A stretch of DNA of 64,000 bases from an uncultured candidate division Zixibacteria bacterium (GTDB lineage Bacteria > Zixibacteria > MSB-5A5 > GN15 > FEB-12): NCBI GenBank assembly GCA_963664195.1, contig OY760907.1, positions 3,744,001 through 3,808,000 of the forward strand, given 5' to 3'. The position numbers and the translations under genes were made by a program. This document shows positions 9,092 through 16,588 of this stretch, piece by piece; within the stretch, counting starts at the first letter, position 1, and the number at the start of each line of letters is the position of its first letter. Below the pieces are notes generated by a model, which had not been told where the DNA came from, searched no databases, and saw only the letters and a list, made by a program, of their open reading frames with translations.

Positions 9092-12000
9092 TTGAGCACC
9101 GCCACTTTCAATGTCGCCCGCCCACCATCTTTTTCGGTGGTAATGACGGCCACATATACGCCGTTGAGTACCAATTGACCGTCTTCGTTCCGTCCGTCCC
9201 AAGTGAGGGACTGCAAGCCGGCATCGGTGCCGTCGGATCCCTCGACAAGATCGATTCCGTAGACCTTCTCACCGGTCAGCGTAAGGATGCGGAACACCAC
9301 GCCGGACGGTTCAGCCAGATAGTATCTAAACTCAGCCTCGCCCGTCGCAGGATTGTACGGATTGTCCCTAATGATAAAAGATCTATCCAGTTCCGGCTCA
9401 ACGGCGGTAAATTGCTCCTTGAATACAAGACTGGTGTCATTGGAGGTAATGATCTCCACCGTTTGTCCTGCCAGCGGTCCGTGTGCAAAACTGGCCGCGA
9501 TATCTGCCGCATCAACAAAGAGCATGAAACCGGTACCGGCTGAGGCCTTGACTCTGGAACGGAATACAAGATCAGTCGATTGCCCTGCCTCCACAATGAA
9601 ACCGTCACCAAAGGAAAGCACCATCCGATTGGCTCCTGCGGTAACCGTGGTCACCCGACGACCGTCGTTGATCAGAGCCGACGAACCGACCTCAAGCACT
9701 TCCCGCACATCCAGTGGGAAACCATCATCGTTGAGCACGTAAAGCGTCAGCGATGAGAGCAGGATATCGGTAATCGATGAGGTCCCACGATTAGTGAGTC
9801 CAAGCGAGAAGAAATCCTCGTCACCACCGGACAGAACGAGATGAGAGCTGACCGTCTCTGCCTCCAACTCCAAACTCGCATTGGGCGAGGTCACCGCGAG
9901 ATTCATCTCAAACGTCGTGTCTCCGATCTGGGCTGGAAGATTCGTGTTCATATCCAGAGGAATATTGACCAGATCGACACTGATGGTCACGGTGGTATCG
10001 TAATCAGGCGCGACAAAGGATACTCCCCTTGGCGTGCCGGTTTCGACCACGAGTGTCAGCGGATCCTCGTTCCCGAGATCCAGACCGTTAGTCGATATCC
10101 GAAAAGTCCCATTGCCGGCGTCGGCCTCACCCGTGTTCACGATGCTCAGAACGACGCTGAAATCCTGACCGATGGTCAAATACCCCTGATCGGCTCCAAT
10201 CAGAATGTGAGATACCGAAAGGAGTGCCGGTTCCTGCACATTTGCCAACGCGATATTGTCAACCGGGGGAAGCTGATTAACTCCCAAAGAGGATATATCG
10301 ATTCGAAAGATCTCCGACGGATTAGGCACGGCCGACGCCACGACGTCGTAACGCACCTCGATGGTGCTGTCACCGGGAATGCCGGGAACGGTCAGTTCGG
10401 GGACAAAGCTTGAGTTGCCGTCGGTCACCATGCGAGTTTCAAACGGAGGCTGGTCCGAGGTAGACAAATTGGCGATGCGGCAGGCCACCTGGAACGCTTG
10501 TCCGGTATTCACCGACGGTACGTTTATCCCGACGATGGAAGCTTCGACAATCTGAACAACAGGGAGCGCCTCGACCTCCACCGTCATGCCCTCGAAGTTG
10601 GTCGATGAAGAGAGCGCATTGGCCGCTCCACGGTGTCGATAGGCGACAGTAGCTGCTACGGTCAACGTCTTTCCTAACTGGTCAGACGGGATAAACACAC
10701 TTTCACATTCCAGGCGATTGATTCCGGGTATCAGACTGTCGCCGGGAGCCACTAGATTGGTTGTGGCGTAGAAGACATCACCAAAGACATGAAAACTGGT
10801 ACCCTCAGAGAGAATTTCCAGCGGCAGGGTCCCATCGACTACAATATCAAAGGCAAACGAAGTCTCCTGCCCCGATGCAACCAGACGCGGTTCAAAGCTG
10901 GAATAGTCGAACTCCAACTCGATTTGCGGAAGAAGGACAATAGAGTCTATCGCCGTACTGTCGAGACTGAAGACGGCGCCGTTGGAATACATCGTGTAAT
11001 CAAACATCAGTCGATACGAGCCAGGCTCCGCGTCGATAGCATCCAGGACAATATCCGTCTCGTTAGCCTGCACATTCTCGTAGAAAATAGTGTCGTTTTC
11101 GAAGCGGCTGTACTTAATCATCCCCTGGAAAACGGTGGCAAGGATTGAATCCTCGGACGTCACAGCGTATAGCGTCAGATCGGTGGAGTCTATCGGCCCC
11201 GAGAAGGCAGTGGTAGCAATCTGGAAGCCTATGGCGAAGGCCGTGTCGGCATAAACCGAGTCAGGCTCGAATGAATCCTTCACAAAACGAACCTCGGCCG
11301 GCGCAAGTATGGTGACAGGTATTGAAAGGGAGTCGGTGATCGTGAACGGTCCCGCATTCGGCTGATACACGCTTTCAAGCACAAGGATGAGCGTGTCCTC
11401 GCCGACCGACAGCCCGGCGGTAGGTAGTTCAACGAGCAGCGTATCGATATTACCGTTGTTATTCGCCGTGAACAGGTTCTGAACAGAACCACCACCTGAC
11501 GCAAAATGCGAGGTAACTTTCGGTTCTGAGATAGCCAGGAGTTGTCCGCCGTTAACGACTGACACTCTAACTGTGGTCGGCAGGTCTGAATAGACATGTG
11601 AAATGGGATCGCCTGACAGAGACACGGCATCAACAAAGTCGTAGCCGCTGAACGAGACAAAGACCCCTGGAGAAGAGAGCGATGTATCAGATGCTGTGAT
11701 CTCTATCGATCCCGTGGGACCGGTATACGTCACCCCCAGCGGCAGGAACTGGATCACTCCGTTGGAATAGAGAATGCTGTCTGCCAGAGAATCAGGGGAT
11801 AAAGACCCAGATGCACTCGTGAGAACGATAGGATCGGTCAGAGGATCATAGTCGACAACCAAATCGGAGTTTTCATCCAGCAGGATAATCTCTGCCAGAG
11901 ACACCAGAGGATGCCCGACCACCTGACGTGAGTGAATATTCAACGAGATGCGATCGAGCGCTTCGGGAGCACGATCTGCGCTGCTGTTGCCGGTCACGGT

Positions 12001-12102
12001 TGGTGCGGCCGCATCCGACTGGACCGGCGCAGTCTGAGAGACACCGCAGAGCTGGAGAATCAGGATCAGAACGAGCGTCAGAAACCAAGTGGTCTTATTC
12101 AC
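9088..12102 (-). CDS. Large secreted beta-rich (Ig/CARDB-like) surface protein with C-terminal FlgD-Ig/T9SS-like sorting domain
   Basis: N-terminal signal peptide, acidic beta-rich body, C-terminus NPYNP...WDGRNEDGQLVLNGVY...KVAVLK. Confidence 0.75.
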   Translation of the reverse strand: MNKTTWFLTLVLILILQLCGVSQTAPVQSDAAAPTVTGNSSADRAPEALDRISLNIHSRQVVGHPLVSLAEIILLDENSDLVVDYDPLTDPIVLTSASGSLSPDSLADSILYSNGVIQFLPLGVTYTGPTGSIEITASDTSLSSPGVFVSFSGYDFVDAVSLSGDPISHVYSDLPTTVRVSVVNGGQLLAISEPKVTSHFASGGGSVQNLFTANNNGNIDTLLVELPTAGLSVGEDTLILVLESVYQPNAGPFTITDSLSIPVTILAPAEVRFVKDSFEPDSVYADTAFAIGFQIATTAFSGPIDSTDLTLYAVTSEDSILATVFQGMIKYSRFENDTIFYENVQANETDIVLDAIDAEPGSYRLMFDYTMYSNGAVFSLDSTAIDSIVLLPQIELEFDYSSFEPRLVASGQETSFAFDIVVDGTLPLEILSEGTSFHVFGDVFYATTNLVAPGDSLIPGINRLECESVFIPSDQLGKTLTVAATVAYRHRGAANALSSSTNFEGMTVEVEALPVVQIVEASIVGINVPSVNTGQAFQVACRIANLSTSDQPPFETRMVTDGNSSFVPELTVPGIPGDSTIEVRYDVVASAVPNPSEIFRIDISSLGVNQLPPVDNIALANVQEPALLSVSHILIGADQGYLTIGQDFSVVLSIVNTGEADAGNGTFRISTNGLDLGNEDPLTLVVETGTPRGVSFVAPDYDTTVTISVDLVNIPLDMNTNLPAQIGDTTFEMNLAVTSPNASLELEAETVSSHLVLSGGDEDFFSLGLTNRGTSSITDILLSSLTLYVLNDDGFPLDVREVLEVGSSALINDGRRVTTVTAGANRMVLSFGDGFIVEAGQSTDLVFRSRVKASAGTGFMLFVDAADIAASFAHGPLAGQTVEIITSNDTSLVFKEQFTAVEPELDRSFIIRDNPYNPATGEAEFRYYLAEPSGVVFRILTLTGEKVYGIDLVEGSDGTDAGLQSLTWDGRNEDGQLVLNGVYVAVITTEKDGGRATLKVAVLK

Positions 12103-12157
12103 AGGAAGAGCTAGTACCTTAACGTCAACAGGCGAATTCCATAATTAGTCCAAAAGG

Positions 12158-12173
12158 AGCAAAGATCATGCCC
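12158..12173 (-). promoter_or_regulatory. Putative sigma54 (-24/-12) promoter of the secreted-protein/signalling cluster
   Basis: GGGCATGATCTTTGCT: GG-N10-GC, close to TGGCACGNNNNTTGCW. Confidence 0.6.
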
Positions 12174-12201
12174 TCGCTCGCCGCCGGGCAGACAAATACA
12201 C

Positions 12202-12214
12202 GGAAAAGTTTTCC
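12202..12214. promoter_or_regulatory. Palindromic GGAAA-N3-TTTCC box, shared with the flagellar sigma54 promoters
   Basis: GGAAAAGTTTTCC; 14 nt (ACGGAAAAGTTTTC) are identical to 48006-48019 upstream of flgF. Confidence 0.5.
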
Positions 12215-12399
12215 TTCGCGTATTTTGCGAGCCGTCACATAACTCGCTTTGTGAGAACAAGTTACAAGACGTTCATAGACTTGCGACGTCCAGCTTCAAC
12301 GACGAATTAGATCGACAGTGCAGACTCGCCTGTTTGCTGTTCAATTCTTGTGCAAGTCGATGCAGCAAAGACGAAATCAGTGACACTGCAAAGAAAGTA

Positions 12400-13284
12400 T
12401 TAGCGGGCGGCGGATCGCTCCGCAGCAAGCACAGTGTTGGTCATTAGCATGGCAATTGTCATCAGTCCTACACCTCCAGGTACCGGCGTGATAAACGAGG
12501 CCTTTTCACTTACGGGACCGAAGTCTACATCACCACAGAGTCTGTAGCCTTTTTCGAGAGCAGCATCATCGACCCGATTCAGGCCAACGTCGACCACGAC
12601 AGCGCCTTCCTTCACCATGTCCGCAGTGATCATCTCGGGACGACCGATAGCGGCAATGAGAATGTCCGCCCTCCCGGTAACTTCGCTCAGGTTCTTCGTG
12701 CGTGAGTGGGCCACCGTGACCGTCGCATTGGCCGACTTGCCCTTCTGCATCAATAGCGCGGCAATCGGCTTGCCGACGATGTTTGATCGTCCGACGACAA
12801 CCACTTCCTTGCCCTGCGGGTCAATACCATAATGCTCCATGAGCTTGATTACCCCGTACGGAGTGCAGGAGATGAAACCGGGCTGACCGATGAGCAGCAT
12901 GCCCACGTTATACGGATGAAAACCGTCGACGTCTTTCTCCGGCAGAATCGTCAGGGTAACCGTCATCTCGTCTATCTGTTTGGGCACCGGAGACTGTACG
13001 AGGATGCCGTGGATTTTGTCGCTGGCATTAAGGTCTTTGACGATCTGCGTCAGCTCCTCCTGCGTACATTCGGCGGGTCGCCTGATGATCTCAGAGTAGA
13101 TGCCGAGTTTCTGGCAGGCTTTTTCCTTGCTCTTGACGTAGATTGCAGAGGCCGGATCATCGCCTACGAGCACGGCGGCCAGTCCCGGAGTGATGCCCTG
13201 TTCCTTGAGCGCGATGATACGTTTCTTGAGTTCTTTCCTGACGTTTTTCGCAACCAGTTTGCCGTCGATTAGTGTGGCAGCCAT
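12400..13284 (-). CDS. folD: Bifunctional methylenetetrahydrofolate dehydrogenase/cyclohydrolase
   Basis: LIDGK, YVKSK, KDVDGFHP, GRSNIVGKP, TPVPGGVG. Start moved to MAATLIDG. Confidence 0.97.
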   Translation of the reverse strand: MAATLIDGKLVAKNVRKELKKRIIALKEQGITPGLAAVLVGDDPASAIYVKSKEKACQKLGIYSEIIRRPAECTQEELTQIVKDLNASDKIHGILVQSPVPKQIDEMTVTLTILPEKDVDGFHPYNVGMLLIGQPGFISCTPYGVIKLMEHYGIDPQGKEVVVVGRSNIVGKPIAALLMQKGKSANATVTVAHSRTKNLSEVTGRADILIAAIGRPEMITADMVKEGAVVVDVGLNRVDDAALEKGYRLCGDVDFGPVSEKASFITPVPGGVGLMTIAMLMTNTVLAAERSAAR

Positions 13285-13297
13285 ACAATCACCCTCT

Positions 13298-14128
13298 TCA
13301 GTCAACATCCGGTTGAGAACTGTTCTGGAATGTTGCCAGATCGAATTCACGTGAGAATCTCTCAATATGTTTCGCGCTGCCGTCCTCGGGGTCTACCTTG
13401 AGAATCACGCCACACATCTTGACATCGTCAGTGGCAGTGGTGAACCGCTTGGGCATCCCGGTGAGGAATCGCCCCAGAGACGGCCCCTTGTCCATGCCAA
13501 TGATCGAGTCATGCGGTCCTGTCATGCCGGCATCGGTAAGGTAAGCCGTTCCACGGCCGGATATTTTCTCGTCTGCGGTCGCTACGTGAGTATGCGTACC
13601 GATCACGGCCGACACGTTGCCATCGAGATAATGCGCCATTGCCTGCTTCTCAGAAGTCGCTTCGGCGTGGAAATCGATGAAGATCGTGGGCGTCTTTTCT
13701 TTGAGTCGACGGACTTCCTCATCGGCAACCTGGAACGGGCAGTCGGTGTTGGCCATGTAGACCCGTCCCATAAGATTAAGCACAGCGACCTTGTGATCGC
13801 CGACTGCGGCAACATAGGAACCGTTTCCTGGCACGCCGGTGGCCGGGAAATTGGCCGGACGCAGCAGCTTCGGGGTTTCATTCAGGTAGTCGAGAATCTG
13901 TACCCGGTCCCAGATGTGGTTGCCTGAGGTCTGGACATCGATACCATAAGTGAACATCTTGCGTGACATTTCCGGCGTAATGCCAAATCCACCGGCGGCG
14001 TTTTCGATATTGGCGATTACGAGGTCGACCGAAAACTCTTCGCGCATCGGCTTGATAAGATAGGCCGCCGCCTGACGTCCGGGTCTGCCGCATACATCGG
14101 CGACAAACATGATGGTGAGCAAAGACAT
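13298..14128 (-). CDS. ymdB: TIGR00282/YmdB-family metallophosphoesterase
   Basis: DVCGRPG, NIENAAGG, SGNHIWD, DFHAEATSEK, GTHTH, DAGMTG; follows rny. Confidence 0.93.
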   Translation of the reverse strand: MSLLTIMFVADVCGRPGRQAAAYLIKPMREEFSVDLVIANIENAAGGFGITPEMSRKMFTYGIDVQTSGNHIWDRVQILDYLNETPKLLRPANFPATGVPGNGSYVAAVGDHKVAVLNLMGRVYMANTDCPFQVADEEVRRLKEKTPTIFIDFHAEATSEKQAMAHYLDGNVSAVIGTHTHVATADEKISGRGTAYLTDAGMTGPHDSIIGMDKGPSLGRFLTGMPKRFTTATDDVKMCGVILKVDPEDGSAKHIERFSREFDLATFQNSSQPDVD

Positions 14129-14207
14129 GAAGACTCTTTCCAAGGCGGATAAACGAAGCGACCGGAATCTCCGCCTGTATTCCGGCAAGGGTAATGACTT
14201 TCACAAA

Positions 14208-14239
14208 GTCAGGTGGAGTCTACCAGAACTCCACCTGAC
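14208..14239 (-). terminator. Strong hairpin after rny (terminator or processing/stability stem)
   Basis: Perfect 12-bp stem GTCAGGTGGAGT/ACTCCACCTGAC with only a short TTT tail on the minus strand. Confidence 0.5.
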
Positions 14240-14272
14240 AATCAATCGCAAAAACGTTTCAAGAATGATACG

Positions 14273-15838
14273 CTACTTGGCAAACTCAGTGGCGCGCATC
14301 TCTCGAATAACCGTGACCTTAATCTGACCGGGGTACTGCATTTCACCCTCAATCTTGGTCGCGATGTCACTTGCTAGAACCGTCGAGGCCAGGTCATCGA
14401 TCCGATCATGTTCAACAATTACGCGGATTTCTCGACCAGCCTGAATGGCGTAGGCTTTGGCCACGCCCTTGAAAGAGTCAGCCACTTCCTCAAGCTGCGA
14501 AAGTCGCTTGATGTAGGCCTCCAGCGGCTCCCGTCGGGCGCCCGGTCGTGAGCCGGAAATAGCGTCGGCCGTCTGCACCAGAACCGGGTACGGGCTGAGC
14601 ATCGGGACATCGCCGTGATGCCCTTCCGCGGCGTTGACCACAATCTCATCTTCTTTATACCGACGAAGGAAATCGGCGCCGATCTGGGTATGCGTACCCT
14701 CGGTCACCCGGTCGACAGCCTTACCGATATCGTGCAGCAGACCGCAACGCTTCGCCAGGACATCGTCGAGTTCAAGCTGAGCGGCTAGCAGGCCACAGAG
14801 CATGGCGACTTCCTTGGAGTGGGCCAACACGTTCTGACCGTAAGAAGTCCGGTAATTGAGTTTCCCGAGCATCTTGACCAGATCAGCGTGGGCGCCGTGA
14901 ATACCCAGCTCAAAACAGGCTTGCTCGCCTGCTTCCTGCACGATGACATCCATTTCCTTGGTCGATTTCTCGAAGACCTCCTCGATTCGGGTCGGGTGAA
15001 TCCGCCCGTCGGAGATCAGTTTTTCGAGCGTCATCCGGGCGATCTCACGACGTACGGGGTCGTAGCCGGAAAGAATCACCGCCTCGGGGGTGTCGTCGAC
15101 AATGACGTCGATTCCGGTCGCGGTCTCAAAAGCGCGGATGTTTCGGCCTTCACGGCCGATGATCCTACCTTTCATCTCGTCGTTGGGCAGGGTCACGACT
15201 GACACTGTGGTCTCGACCGTATGATCGGCGGCACAGCGATAAATCGACTGAAGAATAATCTCCTTAGCCTCTTTGTCCGCATCGCGCTCCGCTTTGTCGC
15301 GAATCTCCTTGATGTGCGCGGCAGCATCCATTTTGGCCTCGGAAACCATGTTATCCATGAGCTGTCTTTTGGCCTCTTCCGGAGTCATCTGCGCAGTTTT
15401 CTGAAGGTTCTCGTTCTGTTTTTCAATGATCCGGGCTAGCTCTTCCTCGGCCAGTTCGATACCTTTCTGACGGGTCTGGAGCGCATTGGCGCGTCCGTTA
15501 AGGTCGCGTTCCTTGACGTCCAGAACAGTCATTTTCTTTCTGAGGGAGGTATCGCTTTCCTCAAGTCTTTTTTCAAACTTCTCGAGTTCACGCCGTTTTT
15601 GTTCGCTTTCCCGATCGAATTCGCCTTTCTCTTTGAGAGTATTCTCTCTCATTTCGAGGGCGATTTCCTTTTGCTTCATTCGGGCTTCTTTTTCAGCCTC
15701 TTTGACGATCCTGCCGGCTTCTTTGGCAGCATTGTCAAGGCTCTTCTCACCTATGCGGCGAGACATGAACCAGGCAGCGGTGAAGCCGATCGCGCCCGCA
15801 ACAACGGCCGCAATCAATATAGTAACCAAGTTGTCCAT
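14273..15838 (-). CDS. rny: Ribonuclease Y
   Basis: N-terminal TM, coiled coil, KH (KGRIIGREGRNIR), HD (GLLHDIGK), AIQAGREIRV. Confidence 0.97.
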   Translation of the reverse strand: MDNLVTILIAAVVAGAIGFTAAWFMSRRIGEKSLDNAAKEAGRIVKEAEKEARMKQKEIALEMRENTLKEKGEFDRESEQKRRELEKFEKRLEESDTSLRKKMTVLDVKERDLNGRANALQTRQKGIELAEEELARIIEKQNENLQKTAQMTPEEAKRQLMDNMVSEAKMDAAAHIKEIRDKAERDADKEAKEIILQSIYRCAADHTVETTVSVVTLPNDEMKGRIIGREGRNIRAFETATGIDVIVDDTPEAVILSGYDPVRREIARMTLEKLISDGRIHPTRIEEVFEKSTKEMDVIVQEAGEQACFELGIHGAHADLVKMLGKLNYRTSYGQNVLAHSKEVAMLCGLLAAQLELDDVLAKRCGLLHDIGKAVDRVTEGTHTQIGADFLRRYKEDEIVVNAAEGHHGDVPMLSPYPVLVQTADAISGSRPGARREPLEAYIKRLSQLEEVADSFKGVAKAYAIQAGREIRVIVEHDRIDDLASTVLASDIATKIEGEMQYPGQIKVTVIREMRATEFAK

Positions 15839-15933
15839 TGTGTCTCCCCGTCCGGTCCAGAGGAACGGACGTCTCATCTATGTGAAATGATAGACACGGG
15901 ATTGAGAGGAAGTCAGAAAAGCACGGGTGCTGT

Positions 15934-16251
15934 CTACTGATCGGTTGAACAGTTGTCGCCGAGAGCACTATCCAATCTGTCCAACAGTGCATCCAGATTG
16001 GCATCTTGATCAGAGGCCAGTTGGTCCAAGTCGGCGGATTTCGCCTGTAGCTCGGACGCCAGAGACAGGGCGGTCAGAATGGCCACCTTCTCTCTTGAAT
16101 TGGTATGACTGCGTTTGGACACTTCCTGCATTCTCGAATCGACAAAATCGGCGATTTTCGAGATGTAGGCCGGATCCGTAGATCCGGTGATTGGGTAATC
16201 TTCCCCGAATATTTTAACAACAACTTTGTTTTCAACCGATGGGTTAGTCAC
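15934..16251 (-). CDS. zapA: Cell division protein ZapA
   Basis: VKIFGEDYPI...IADFVDSRM...AILTALSLA; context pheT-zapB-zapA-rny. Confidence 0.9.
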   Translation of the reverse strand: MTNPSVENKVVVKIFGEDYPITGSTDPAYISKIADFVDSRMQEVSKRSHTNSREKVAILTALSLASELQAKSADLDQLASDQDANLDALLDRLDSALGDNCSTDQ

Positions 16252-16306
16252 AGCTGGATTCCTTGCAAGTCTGGCCGGGCCACTCTATCCCACTATCGCT
16301 TAAGAC

Positions 16307-16335
16307 CTTATAGCCACTTGTCAAGATTAAGTCAA
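16307..16335 (-). promoter_or_regulatory. sigma70-type promoter for zapA-rny
   Basis: TTGACT-N17-TATAAG. Confidence 0.55.
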
Positions 16336-16343
16336 GAAAAACT

Positions 16344-16586
16344 TTACAGCCCAATCTTCTCAAGCTCCTCGACACGACTAAGAATCGAGACAAGTTTTGT
16401 CTTAACTCTATCTGCCAGATCGTTTTGCTCGAGTTTGAGAGCATCGAAATCCCGCTTCAGGCCGACCAGTTTGTCCTTCAGATCAACGTTGGCCTCTCGG
16501 AGGAGGTCGTTCTCGGCCCGAAGATCATCAACCCGGTTCAGCACCTGCGAGACCTTCCGTTCCAACAGCTCAAGTTTTTCCGACAT
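16344..16586 (-). CDS. ZapB-like coiled-coil protein
   Basis: 80-aa heptad coiled coil (LELLERKV...LRAENDLL) immediately upstream of zapA. Confidence 0.75.
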   Translation of the reverse strand: MSEKLELLERKVSQVLNRVDDLRAENDLLREANVDLKDKLVGLKRDFDALKLEQNDLADRVKTKLVSILSRVEELEKIGL

Positions 16587-16588
16587 AT

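Noticed and set aside
15839..15933. 6S RNA, often found downstream of zapA
   Set aside because: Only 95 nt are available. Short local hairpins exist, but no long rod with a central bubble or recognisable 6S motifs.
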